Counted from the first letter of the stretch, positions 20,555 to 30,248 are shown. The stretch is DNA of 55,296 bases from Promethearchaeia archaeon (GCA_029856155.1 JAHQWL010000022.1:1-55296), one strand, 5' to 3'. The notes: a model not told the origin generated them from the sequence alone. Program-made: numbers and translations.

Positions 20555-21019
20555 CTAAGGTTGATTCCCTCTTCCCATGCCTCGACCGCCTCCACCCATG
20601 CCTCGACCGCCTCCACCCATGCCTCGACCACCTCCACCCATGCCATAGTGTGATGCGACATTTGAGGTACTAACTGTTTGTAACTTTCCTTTTATATAGA
20701 GATTCATAACTTCTTTTATCGTCATTGCTTCATTAGGAGCTTGAACAATTTTTATATTTAAAGAATTAAGTCCATTAGAAGCATTTGGACCTAAAAACCC
20801 AACAATTACAATATTAGCACCATTATTACCAATAATTTGAGTTGCTTGCACACCAGCTCCCCCCATTGCATTTGCAGCAGGATTTGGAACTGTTTTAACG
20901 GCTTTAATCTCATCATTTTGCACTTCAACAAATGTAAAACTTGCACATCTTCCAAAACGAGGACTCATTTGATCATTTAAGCCTCCATTTCCCATTGAAG
21001 GAATTGCAATAATACTCAT
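20555..21019 (-). CDS. NifB/NifX family protein with Gly-rich repeat tail
   Basis: SPRFGRCASF, GGAGVQA, GPNA; (GMGGGGR)n tail. Confidence 0.88.
   Translation of the reverse strand: MSIIAIPSMGNGGLNDQMSPRFGRCASFTFVEVQNDEIKAVKTVPNPAANAMGGAGVQATQIIGNNGANIVIVGFLGPNASNGLNSLNIKIVQAPNEAMTIKEVMNLYIKGKLQTVSTSNVASHYGMGGGGRGMGGGGRGMGGGGRGMGRGNQP
20574..20644. repeat. 21-bp coding tandem repeat, about 3.4 copies
   Basis: CCCATGCCTCGACC(G/A)CCTCCA at 20574, 20595, 20616 and a partial copy at 20637. Confidence 0.95.
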
Positions 21020-21051
21020 TCTTTTTTACACCATTTTTTTTAACTTAATAT

Positions 21052-21075
21052 AATTATGAATATATATTCATAATT
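21052..21075. promoter_or_regulatory. 24-bp perfect palindrome upstream of the nifX/ATPase operon
   Basis: AATTATGAATATATATTCATAATT. Confidence 0.7.
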
Positions 21076-21478
21076 CTTTAAAAAGTTTTGGAGTTTTAAA
21101 AAAAAACCAAAACTGAACTTTAACAACTTTAATGGTAATCTTATGTTCCTATCAGAAAGGATAATAAAGGAGTATGACACATACTTAGCCCTTTTAAAAT
21201 CGCTCTATTTTAAAAATGATAGAAATAAAGAAAAAATAAAATTGATCTTGAAATGAGTCTAGAACTCTATCGAGATATTTCTAGTACGGATATCTTGTTT
21301 GAATCCCATATTATTCATCCCTAGAACTTCCTGTAAATTATATAAAATAGAAGAAAGGTTTGGATAAAATATATCTAATAAGGGAAAAACTTAAGAAATA
21401 ATCCATTCTATATCTTTTATAAAAAGAAAGCATTATAATAGCCTAAATACCATATCTCCAAAAAACAATTTTATCATT

Positions 21479-21631
21479 ATGTCAAAAAAGAAAGAGAAGA
21501 TCTCTGAAGATGAATTGGAGGATCTACTCGATCAAGCTTTTGAGAATCAAGATTTGATCCACCATAAGTGTCAGATAAGAGACGACCCAACAAAAAAACA
21601 GACAGAATGGAAAAAAAAATATAGCAAGTAA
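21479..21631 (+). CDS. Small 50-aa protein (below ORF-track cutoff)
   Basis: ATG 21479 to TAA 21631: MSKKKEKISEDELEDLLDQAFENQDLIHHKCQIRDDPTKKQTEWKKKYSK. Confidence 0.55.
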   Translation: MSKKKEKISEDELEDLLDQAFENQDLIHHKCQIRDDPTKKQTEWKKKYSK

Positions 21632-21770
21632 TTCTTTTTTTTACTGATAATTAATCAAGAAAGCCAGATTTTCTTTATCCAATGATATTTTCATATTCTT
21701 AATAACTTTATAACTGAGTGGATTAATTTTCTAAAAAGTGATAAATTAAAAGATTATTAAAAAAGATATT

Positions 21771-22400
21771 ATGCCGAGAATTGAACCCTTTGATAAATAT
21801 CCTTTCAGATATGATGAATGGTTCATCAGAAATAAATACGCTTACAAATCTGAATTACTAGCAATAAAAATGCAACTTCCAAAAAGTAAAAATGGTGTTG
21901 AAATTGGCGTAGGTAGTGGTAGATTTGCGTTTCCTCTTGGTATTAAACTTGGGGTGGAACCATCTAGTAAGATGAGAATGCTCTCTAAAAAGAGAATGAT
22001 AGATTTAATTGATTCTCTTGCTGAAAACCTGCCATTTAGGAGTGCTATATTTGATTTCGTGTTAATGGTTACTTCAATCTGTTTCATTGATGATATAGAT
22101 ATATCATTTAAAGAAATATTCAAAATTTTAAGACCAGAAGGTAAATTTATAATTGGGTTTATTGATCGAAATAGTGCAATTGGAGAATTGTACGAACAGC
22201 ATAAAAAATCGAGTGTTTTTTACAATATAGCAGATTTTTACTCTGTTGAAAAGGTTGTATTTTTTCTAAAAAAAGCTAAATTCAAAAATTTTAATTTTAG
22301 TCAAACGATTTTTCATCCTTTATCAGATATAAATAAAATTGAACAAGTAAAAAAGGGATATGGAAAAGGTTCGTTTGTGGTAATTAAAGCAAAAAAATAA
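21771..22400 (+). CDS. Class I SAM-dependent methyltransferase
   Basis: VEIGVGSGRFA, AENLPF, FDFVL, LRPEG. Confidence 0.9.
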   Translation: MPRIEPFDKYPFRYDEWFIRNKYAYKSELLAIKMQLPKSKNGVEIGVGSGRFAFPLGIKLGVEPSSKMRMLSKKRMIDLIDSLAENLPFRSAIFDFVLMVTSICFIDDIDISFKEIFKILRPEGKFIIGFIDRNSAIGELYEQHKKSSVFYNIADFYSVEKVVFFLKKAKFKNFNFSQTIFHPLSDINKIEQVKKGYGKGSFVVIKAKK

Positions 22401-22490
22401 AAAAAACATTAGAACCGATAATAATATTTTTAATTAAAATAAGATCTTTAATGTATGCATAATTTTTACTTAAATTTTTAATATAATCTT

Positions 22491-23252
22491 TTAATAGTCA
22501 TGAGGAACCCCTTTGATATGCAAAAGTAGGTGTTTATATCCCTTTAAATCTTCAATCCAACCATAATTTGCATCACATTTTGAATCTAAATCTTTAATAT
22601 AAGGTTTAATATCAAGTAATGGCGTTCTGTCAAATACATCTAATCCTGTTGTGAAAATCTTGTTCTTTGAAATCTGTTTTATCCGAACAATGCTAAGTCC
22701 TATAAGATTTGGGCGAACTGGAGATCTACTAGCGAATGTTCCTACTTCAATTCCTCCAGTCCAAGGTGGTGACACAATATTCTTTACTTCCCGCGATACT
22801 CGATGAATATAATAAATCACATAAATATAATGAAATTGGTCGAGTTTTTGAAGGCTTTCAGTATATTGGGGATCAACTATAATTTGAAAATCGCCCTGAT
22901 CTTTTTCAATTGGTTGAAATGGTGCATTATTTTTATATGGTGTTCGAATTACTCCAATCTGTTTTAATTCAAAAGTTTTTGGTGATTTTAACCAACTAGG
23001 AATTGATATTTTTTTAACTTTTGCATCTGAACTTTCATATTTAACTTTACATGCTCGTTTTTTTATGGATTCAAATAATTTATTCATTTTATCAAAATAT
23101 TGAATTGCATTTGTCAAATCTAGAGCTATTTCTTCAGAGATTGATCTTTTAATTTTTACAATCCATTTTTTAATATCTTTTACATGTTGATTATTATGCA
23201 TAATCCAGAAAGACAAAAGCTTAGTTAACTTCTCAATATCTAAAATATCTAT
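22491..23252 (-). CDS. TsaA/TrmO-like protein with N-terminal WxxHNxxH helical domain; proposed ATA start
   Basis: QIGVIRTPY, GTFASRSPVRPNLIGLS, LDVFDRTPLLDIKPY; N-terminal EKLTKLLSFWIMHNNQH. Confidence 0.82.
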   Translation of the reverse strand: MDILDIEKLTKLLSFWIMHNNQHVKDIKKWIVKIKRSISEEIALDLTNAIQYFDKMNKLFESIKKRACKVKYESSDAKVKKISIPSWLKSPKTFELKQIGVIRTPYKNNAPFQPIEKDQGDFQIIVDPQYTESLQKLDQFHYIYVIYYIHRVSREVKNIVSPPWTGGIEVGTFASRSPVRPNLIGLSIVRIKQISKNKIFTTGLDVFDRTPLLDIKPYIKDLDSKCDANYGWIEDLKGYKHLLLHIKGVPHDY

Positions 23253-23519
23253 TCATATCACCTATTTTTATAACAACCAACCTAACTGAACAAAGTTATG
23301 AAAAATTAATTTATGCAAATAAATATTAGATTTATATTACCTATACCAGATAAAAGTTTTGTTATTTCGAGAGAATTAAGATTCTAATAAAAAAGTTGTC
23401 ATAAGTTATCATAATTAAAATTTTTTTTCTGAATTAAAGTAATATCAAAACTCGAAGAATTTAGTTTTTAAGATATTAAAATCTATCATTGAGGGACGAT
23501 TCAAAACTTTTTTAAATTT

Positions 23520-23533
23520 TGAATAATTATTCA
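23520..23533. promoter_or_regulatory. Palindromic operator upstream of the mrp-iscU-radical SAM operon
   Basis: TGAATAATTATTCA. Confidence 0.7.
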
Positions 23534-23582
23534 TTAATAGTTTTATATAATTAAATAAAATTTAACTACAATTAAGAGGTAA

Positions 23583-24461
23583 ATGACTATTCAAGAAAAA
23601 GAAATTCCAGATATTGATTTGAAGAAGACAGTCGAGCAAGGAAAGAAAGAAAAGATGGATGAATTAGAAGAAAATATAAAAAAAAACATGGAAAAAATTA
23701 AACATAAAATAGTTGTTATATCTGGTAAAGGTGGAGTGGGCAAAACAACAGTAGCTGTAAACCTCGCTATGAGTTTAGTAAGCGTTGGACTGAGAGTTGG
23801 AATCTTAGATGTGGATATAACAGGGCCAAATGTATTAAAAATGTTGGGTATAGATCCTAACCTTAAACCAAGGGTCGATCCTGAAAAAAAAAGATTTTAT
23901 CCTGTAAATGGACCTTTAAATCTTAAGACAATGAGTATGGCATTTCTCATTGAAAGTTCAGATTCACCAGTTATTTGGAGAGGGCCAATGAAGATGAGTG
24001 CAGTAAGACAATTTTTAGGAGAAGCAATTTGGGGAGAATTGGATTATTTAATATGTGATTTACCACCAGGAACTTCTGATGAAACACTAGACATCTTACA
24101 ACTTATTCCTGATGAGAATGTTATCGTAGTTTCAACCCCTCAGGAAGTTGCTTTAATGGATGCCCGAAAAACCATTAGAATGGCTCAGATAATGGAAAGA
24201 AAAGTATTAGGTTTAATTGAAAACATGTCTGGTTTTAATTGTCCCCACTGTGGAGAATATATTGATCTTTATCCTCCGGGAGGAGTTAAAAAGGCAGCTC
24301 ATGATTTTGAAATTCAACTATTAGGGAAAATTCCTTTCGAAATAGAAGTAAGTCAGCAAGGAGATCAAGGAATGCCCTTTGTAATAAAATATCCTGAGAG
24401 TGACTCTACAAAAGCTTTTAAACAAACGGTTAAAAAGATTCGAGAAGTATTAGAAAAATAA
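23583..24461 (+). CDS. mrp: Mrp/NBP35 (ApbC) Fe-S carrier ATPase
   Basis: SGKGGVGKT, VIWRGPMK, DLPPGTSD, ENMSGFNCPHC. Confidence 0.93.
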   Translation: MTIQEKEIPDIDLKKTVEQGKKEKMDELEENIKKNMEKIKHKIVVISGKGGVGKTTVAVNLAMSLVSVGLRVGILDVDITGPNVLKMLGIDPNLKPRVDPEKKRFYPVNGPLNLKTMSMAFLIESSDSPVIWRGPMKMSAVRQFLGEAIWGELDYLICDLPPGTSDETLDILQLIPDENVIVVSTPQEVALMDARKTIRMAQIMERKVLGLIENMSGFNCPHCGEYIDLYPPGGVKKAAHDFEIQLLGKIPFEIEVSQQGDQGMPFVIKYPESDSTKAFKQTVKKIREVLEK

Positions 24462-24541
24462 AAGACAAATTTTTTTAATTTTAAACATTATTTTATCAAA
24501 AGTAATATTTTGCATAAAAAATCTAAATTAGTAATAAAAAA

Positions 24542-24982
24542 ATGCCATTAGATGATTTGGATAAATGGGTAGCGGAAATTCAGAAAGAAATTAATGAAGA
24601 GGAAATTAAAAGATATAATAAATATATTGTAGAATTATTTCAAAATCCAAGAAACTGGGGCAAACCAAAAGATAATGAAATAAGTGTATGGCATGCCTAT
24701 GAGGGATCCTGTGGCGATACAATGCAATTTTTTCTGAAGATTAAAGAAGATATTATTGTAAAAGTAAATTTTATTACCGATGGCTGCGGTGCTACTGTAG
24801 CAGCAGGGAGTCAAATTACTTTAATGTTGGAAGGCCAAACATTAGAATTTGCTGAAAATTTACAACCCATTGATATAGATAATGCTTTAGGAGGGTTACC
24901 AGAAGATCATAGACATTGTGCGGAATTAGCAGTGACTACTATCAAACATGCAATTGAGAAATATAAGATCCAAAATTCTTGA
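24542..24982 (+). CDS. IscU/NifU-like Fe-S scaffold protein
   Basis: NPRNWG, GSCGD, TDGCGA, LPEDHRHCA. Confidence 0.9.
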   Translation: MPLDDLDKWVAEIQKEINEEEIKRYNKYIVELFQNPRNWGKPKDNEISVWHAYEGSCGDTMQFFLKIKEDIIVKVNFITDGCGATVAAGSQITLMLEGQTLEFAENLQPIDIDNALGGLPEDHRHCAELAVTTIKHAIEKYKIQNS

Positions 24983-25004
24983 TATGGGTTCTCAATAAAA
25001 AAAC

Positions 25005-25952
25005 ATGAAATATGTATATGGACCTGTTCCTAGCAGGAGATTAGGGAAATCATTAGGGGTTGATCCAATTCCTTCTAAAACGTGTAATTTTCAATGTATC
25101 TACTGTCAATTAGGAAAAACAACCAACTTTACTAATATCCGGAAAAATTATTTCCCTAAAAGAGAAATTATAGCTGAAATAGAAAAAGCTATCCAACTAA
25201 AGGGAAACAATTTTGACTATATCACATTTGTAGGGAGTGGGGAACCTACATTATATAAAGATTTAAATGATTTGATCATAAGATCTAAAGAGTTATCTGA
25301 AAAACCTGTTTGTGTGATTACAAATGGAAGTTTACTTTATGATAAAGAAGTTCAGAATACTTTAATTTCTTCAGATGTAGTCCTACCTAGTTTGGACGCT
25401 TGGGATGAAAAATCATTCATAAAAATAAATCGACCTCATCCCTCCATTAGCTTTAATAATCTAATTCAAGGATTTATAGATTTTAGGAAAAAATTCGTGG
25501 GTAAATTTTGGATTGAAGTGATGCTAATGAAAGGGATTAATGACACAAAAGAAGAATTATTAAAAATTAAAGAAAAACTAGATTTGATAAAACCAGATAG
25601 AATTGATATAAATGTTCCAATAAGGCCCCCAGTAGAAAAATGGGTAAAAATTCCTGATAAGAGCATACTTTCAATTTTGAATGAAATCTTCGTTGATTAC
25701 ACTAATATTAACTTTCCGGAGGTAGGAAAATTCAGTATTTATTCATCAGATTTCGAAAAAGAAGTTTTATCAATACTAGAGAGACATCCAATGAGGCAAG
25801 ATCAAATTATTGAAACATTTTCTTCTTCTAATTTTGATGAAGATAAAATTATTTCACATTTAAAAAAACTTAAATCTCAAAAAAAGATTATAGATGCTCT
25901 CTATAATAAGCAAATCTTTTGGAAATTAAATTTGAATAAGAATAAGAATTGA
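25005..25952 (+). CDS. Radical SAM protein (COG0731-like)
   Basis: YGPVPSRRLGKSLG, CNFQCIYC, GSGEPTL, ITNGSL. Confidence 0.9.
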   Translation: MKYVYGPVPSRRLGKSLGVDPIPSKTCNFQCIYCQLGKTTNFTNIRKNYFPKREIIAEIEKAIQLKGNNFDYITFVGSGEPTLYKDLNDLIIRSKELSEKPVCVITNGSLLYDKEVQNTLISSDVVLPSLDAWDEKSFIKINRPHPSISFNNLIQGFIDFRKKFVGKFWIEVMLMKGINDTKEELLKIKEKLDLIKPDRIDINVPIRPPVEKWVKIPDKSILSILNEIFVDYTNINFPEVGKFSIYSSDFEKEVLSILERHPMRQDQIIETFSSSNFDEDKIISHLKKLKSQKKIIDALYNKQIFWKLNLNKNKN

Positions 25953-25978
25953 TTTTGTAAATAAAGAGATAATTTCTA

Positions 25979-26359
25979 TTAATATTCAAGGAGTAGCTCT
26001 TCTAAAGCATTAGATACTTCTGGAGTTAAGTGATGCTCAATTTCACAAGATAATTTTTTTATTAAATTTCTGTTTTCTATTTTTAAAACATACCTAAAAA
26101 AATTACATAAATTCTTATAGCTTTTAATTATATCTTGAGCGATTATTTTTCCTTTTTTCGTTAATCTTAAAGATTTTCTTGGACTCCAGTCTATTAAGTC
26201 TCCTGCCTTTAATTTATATAACATGTCAGTTACAGAAGGGGGTTTAACATTTAGGTATTTTGAAATCTCTGAATTGCATACCCACCCACCTTTATTTTTT
26301 TTAGATATTAAATATATTGCTTTTAAATAATTTTCATAACTTTCATGAATCTCAATCAT
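25979..26359 (-). CDS. DtxR/MntR family metal-dependent repressor
   Basis: ENYLKAIY, EISKYLNVKPPSVTDML, CEIEHHL. Confidence 0.88.
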   Translation of the reverse strand: MIEIHESYENYLKAIYLISKKNKGGWVCNSEISKYLNVKPPSVTDMLYKLKAGDLIDWSPRKSLRLTKKGKIIAQDIIKSYKNLCNFFRYVLKIENRNLIKKLSCEIEHHLTPEVSNALEELLLEY

Positions 26360-26403
26360 TTGCCCATTTACCTCTTAAAAAGTATAAAAAAAATAAAAAA
26401 AAA

Positions 26404-26784
26404 TTATTCTTCTTTTTCCAATTCAGCAATTCTTTTAGAGATATCGTCTAACGAGCTTTTAATACCATTCATTTCTGATTCTAGATAATTTTTCTCTTGT
26501 TTTAGCATTGATAATTGATTTTCTGGACTAATTTGTGGTGTAATTCCAGGTGTATATGAAGTATAAGCAGGAGCATAAACAGGAGTTCTATAACCCCCAC
26601 CCCAAGCTCTACCATACCCTAATCCTCTACCACGTCCCCAACCTCTACCACCACCCCAGCCACGACCAAGACCCATTCCAGGGCCTTTTGTATATCCTGG
26701 TGTATCATAGCCCGCACAATATCCTAAACCTCTGCCTGTCATTGGACCTAATCCTCTTGGTCCAGTTCTATCTCCCCATGGCAT
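26404..26784 (-). CDS. DUF5320 family Gly/Arg-rich protein
   Basis: MPWGDRTGPRGLGPMTGRGLGYC, RG-rich middle, coiled-coil C-terminus. Confidence 0.88.
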   Translation of the reverse strand: MPWGDRTGPRGLGPMTGRGLGYCAGYDTPGYTKGPGMGLGRGWGGGRGWGRGRGLGYGRAWGGGYRTPVYAPAYTSYTPGITPQISPENQLSMLKQEKNYLESEMNGIKSSLDDISKRIAELEKEE

Positions 26785-26860
26785 ATTGATTCTTTCACCT
26801 CTTAAAATTTTTTTATTTTTTCTTAATTAATTATAAGTAATGGTAACTTTTAAATGTTAT

Positions 26861-26934
26861 TGAATGATTATTCATTACTCTCCATTTTTGAATAGAATGC
26901 ACTTAGAAAGAATTATATTATGAATCATTATTCA
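26861..26934. promoter_or_regulatory. Two palindromic operators upstream of DUF5320-dtxR
   Basis: TGAATGATTATTCA 26861-26874; TGAATCATTATTCA 26921-26934. Confidence 0.65.
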
Positions 26935-27101
26935 GATTTATTTTGTTAAAAAATTCTTTTTATTGACTTATAATAATATGTAGAATAATTTTACGATTTC
27001 TTTAATTTTGTTGAATCAAGGATTTCACTCATTATTTTTGGGTTAACAATTTTCTTTATTCTATAAATAGCTACAAGAAACTAAAGAAAAAACCCCTTTT
27101 T

Positions 27102-27115
27102 TTAGGTATAACTAA
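27102..27115. promoter_or_regulatory. Candidate DtxR-type operator upstream of feoA
   Basis: TTAGGTATAACTAA (TTAG-N6-CTAA), about 70 bp before feoA; dtxR-like gene is in the divergent operon. Confidence 0.5.
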
Positions 27116-27182
27116 TAACTTTATAAATGAGAAAATACATAATTTAATTGAGAAAAAAAGTTTTTATCAACTAATAATTATT

Positions 27183-27473
27183 ATGGAGTCAAAATTCAAA
27201 AAATCTTTTCGAGAGCATAACAAGGGTATACATTTGATAAAACGTTTGATGGATTGTACAATCGGTGAAAAACTTAAAGTATTGAGAGTGAATGCGGGTC
27301 ATCAAGCTAAAAGAAGACTTGCTAATTTAGGAATTATTCCAGGTGTTACAATCATAAAAAGAAAAGCTGCTCCTTTTCGAGGGCCTATTGAAATAATTGT
27401 GAAAGGATCTTTATTAGTAATTGGACGAGGGTTAGCAGCTAGAATAATTGTTATACCTGAAAATTCTAAATAA
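27183..27473 (+). CDS. feoA: Ferrous iron transport protein A
   Basis: RRLANLGIIPG, APFRGPIEI, IGRGLA. Confidence 0.92.
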   Translation: MESKFKKSFREHNKGIHLIKRLMDCTIGEKLKVLRVNAGHQAKRRLANLGIIPGVTIIKRKAAPFRGPIEIIVKGSLLVIGRGLAARIIVIPENSK

Positions 27474-27508
27474 TTTTTAAAATAAACTAATTATTTTTCA
27501 TTAATATA

Positions 27509-29662
27509 TTGGCTATCTTTTTGTTGAGAGAAATGAGAATCATAAAATCAGTGAAAAAGCAAAATATAGAAACTAAGAAATTTAAAAGTATTATTAATAT
27601 TGCTTTAGCTGGTAATGCAAATGTTGGAAAATCGGTAATTTTTAATCAACTTACAGGACTTTCTCAAACTATTGGAAATTGGCCGGGAAAAACTGTAGAA
27701 AAAATGGAAGGGAATTTAAATTTTTTAGGGTATCGATTTAATATTGTAGATTTACCAGGAATCTATTCCCTGTCAACCTACTCGCTAGAAGAAATTATTA
27801 GTAGAGAGTATATAGTCTCTGAAGAAGTAGATGTTATTATTAATGTAATAGATGCTACAAATCTTGAACGCAATTTATTTTTTACATTCCAACTATTAGA
27901 ACTAAAAGTGCCGATGATACTAGCTATTAATCAGATGGATATCTTATTAAAAAGAAATCTAAAATTAAATTTTAAAAAGCTAGAAGAAATTTTCAAATTG
28001 CCCGTTATTCCTGTTGTAGCCGTTCATGGTAAGGGAGTTCACCAATTAATTGAAGAAGCAATAGAATTAGTAGTTTATCATCAGCCTACTTCACATTATA
28101 ATCATGATGGAAAAAAAATTCATGAAGAACTATCTCATGATGATAAAAAAATTCAAAATAATTTATCTACTAAAAACGCCTTCCAATTTCCAGATTTATA
28201 TTCAATATTAACGTATGGTAAAGAAGTAGAAATTAGAGTAAATGATTTAATTAAAAACATTGATTTACATTTAGAATATTTTTCAACATTTAATTATCCC
28301 TCGCGATTTTTAGCAATCAAAATTTTAGAAAACGATGAAGAAATTGAAAAAATGTTTAAAGCTAAACAAGAAACCACATATATAATTGATTTAGCAGAAA
28401 ATTATCGAAAAGAATTAGAAGAATTACATGGAGAAGATATCAGTACAATCATCTCTTCTGAAATTTATACAAATATACACAAAATTATTGAAGAAGTTGT
28501 CATTGTTAAAGCTCGTGGTGAAAAAAGAATTGTTTGGGCTGAGAAATTAGATCATATAACTACACATTCTGTTTGGGGTTATTTAATATTAATTTCAATC
28601 CTTATAGGAATATATCTTTTTACTTCCATTATTGGAGGTTTCCTTGGAGAAAAAATTGAGGAAATTTATAACTTTTTAAGCAGTATTATTTATAATATTT
28701 ACAGTGAGAACGATTTGGGAGTTAAAATATTTTGGGAAGGTGGTGTAGGAGGTATTTTTGGAGCAATAGGTGGTGTTTTGGTTTATGTCATTCCATTCTT
28801 TTTAATTATCGAGATTTTACAAGATTCTGGTTATTTACCACGGGCAGCATATCTCATGGATAGATTCATGCATTTCTTAGGTGTCCATGGGAAAACCATC
28901 ATCCCTATGATATTAGGGTTTGGATGTAATGTTCCTGCCTGTGCTGGATGTAGAATAATGGAAACTGACCGAGAAAAAAAAATCTCAATTGCATTAACAT
29001 CATTAATTCCATGTGCCGCGGTAATGACTGTAGTGTTAGGATTAGTAGGACGATACGTAGGTGTAACTTGGGTGTTGATATTGTTTGGTATAAATTTTAT
29101 TGTAATAATAATTATCGGCAAAATATTGAATAAGATTTTACCTGGTGAATGCACTGAGTTAATTATGGAAATGCATGAATATCGTGTTCCAAATTATTCT
29201 GTTATTTTAAAACAAACCTGGGTAAGGACTAAAGAATTCATCTTTAAAGCAATGCCCATTATAATTATAGCAGGAGTTATACTAGAGATTTTATTCATGT
29301 TTCGATTATTAGATCCTGTCAATTTGATTTTATCTCCAATTACTGTTTTCTGGTTAGGTTTACCTGCTATTACGGGTATCTTTTTAATATATGGGATCTT
29401 AAGAAAGGAACTGACATTAGTTCTTTTAGCTTTATTAGCAAATTCTATGGGTACAACTCTTCTAGGATTACTTACACCATTCCAGATGATTATATTCAGT
29501 TTAGTAACGATGCTGTATATTCCTTGCTTCGCAACTATAGTTTTAATTGCTAAAGAGACTAATTGGAAATATGCTTTACAGATAGCTGGTCTGGAAATAG
29601 GATTTGCTTTATTAATTGGAGGAATACTCAATTGGGGATTCTTTTTCCTTACAAATTTATAA
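27509..29662 (+). CDS. feoB: Ferrous iron transport protein B
   Basis: GNANVGKS, GNWPGKTVE, DLPGIYSL, GFGCNVPA, YIPC; exact start uncertain. Confidence 0.95.
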   Translation: MAIFLLREMRIIKSVKKQNIETKKFKSIINIALAGNANVGKSVIFNQLTGLSQTIGNWPGKTVEKMEGNLNFLGYRFNIVDLPGIYSLSTYSLEEIISREYIVSEEVDVIINVIDATNLERNLFFTFQLLELKVPMILAINQMDILLKRNLKLNFKKLEEIFKLPVIPVVAVHGKGVHQLIEEAIELVVYHQPTSHYNHDGKKIHEELSHDDKKIQNNLSTKNAFQFPDLYSILTYGKEVEIRVNDLIKNIDLHLEYFSTFNYPSRFLAIKILENDEEIEKMFKAKQETTYIIDLAENYRKELEELHGEDISTIISSEIYTNIHKIIEEVVIVKARGEKRIVWAEKLDHITTHSVWGYLILISILIGIYLFTSIIGGFLGEKIEEIYNFLSSIIYNIYSENDLGVKIFWEGGVGGIFGAIGGVLVYVIPFFLIIEILQDSGYLPRAAYLMDRFMHFLGVHGKTIIPMILGFGCNVPACAGCRIMETDREKKISIALTSLIPCAAVMTVVLGLVGRYVGVTWVLILFGINFIVIIIIGKILNKILPGECTELIMEMHEYRVPNYSVILKQTWVRTKEFIFKAMPIIIIAGVILEILFMFRLLDPVNLILSPITVFWLGLPAITGIFLIYGILRKELTLVLLALLANSMGTTLLGLLTPFQMIIFSLVTMLYIPCFATIVLIAKETNWKYALQIAGLEIGFALLIGGILNWGFFFLTNL

Positions 29663-29857
29663 ATTTTAATGTTTAAATCCTTCTAATGCCTTGTATTAAA
29701 AATTAGAAATTTGAACTCCTTTCTAGTCTTAAATAACAAAAAGAATTTAAAGATATGAGAGAGAATTTTTCTGATATCCTAAGTGATGTTGGATAGTCTA
29801 GTCGGAAAAATAAAAGTGAAAGCTTTTTTCACTTAATCTCTTAATATTGTTTTAGTA

Positions 29858-29876
29858 AGAGGCACCACGGGGAGGG
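29858..29876 (+). repeat. Degenerate copy 1 of GC-rich dispersed direct repeat
   Basis: AGAGGCACCACGGGGAGGG. Confidence 0.8.
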
Positions 29877-29966
29877 CAATAAAGGGAATAATAAGTAAAT
29901 TTTACATTATTAGTAAAATTCAAGAATATTTTATTTTTATAAAAAAGAATTTCTAGATAATTATTA

Positions 29967-29993
29967 ATATGTGTATTCACATATATTCACATA
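29967..29993. promoter_or_regulatory. Candidate autoregulatory operator of the antitoxin-PIN operon
   Basis: ATATGTG-TATT-CACATAT inverted repeat plus tandem TATTCACATA x2, about 30 bp before ATG 30021. Confidence 0.5.
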
Positions 29994-30020
29994 GTAAAAA
30001 ATATACAAACTAAAATTAAA

Positions 30021-30245
30021 ATGGCAAATCTAACTTTATCAATTCCTAATGAATTAAAAAAAATGATGGAAGGTTTCCCAGAAATTAATTGGTCTGAAGT
30101 AGCAAGAGATTCAATCAAAAAAAAGATTGCACAATTAAATTTTATGAAAACTTTTCGAATTGATAGTGAAATATCTCCAGAAGACGCTTTAAATCTTGGA
30201 AGAGAAATAAGTGAACTCTTATTAAAACACTATAAGAGTGAGTAA
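30021..30245 (+). CDS. VapB-like RHH antitoxin
   Basis: MANLTLSIPNELKKMM...INWSEVAR; directly upstream of a PIN gene. Confidence 0.8.
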   Translation: MANLTLSIPNELKKMMEGFPEINWSEVARDSIKKKIAQLNFMKTFRIDSEISPEDALNLGREISELLLKHYKSE

Positions 30246-30248
30246 AAA

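Noticed and set aside
13018-21019. Nitrogen fixation inferred from NifB/NifX- and NifU-like genes
   Set aside because: No nifH/D/K/E/N; these families are widespread in non-diazotrophic anaerobes
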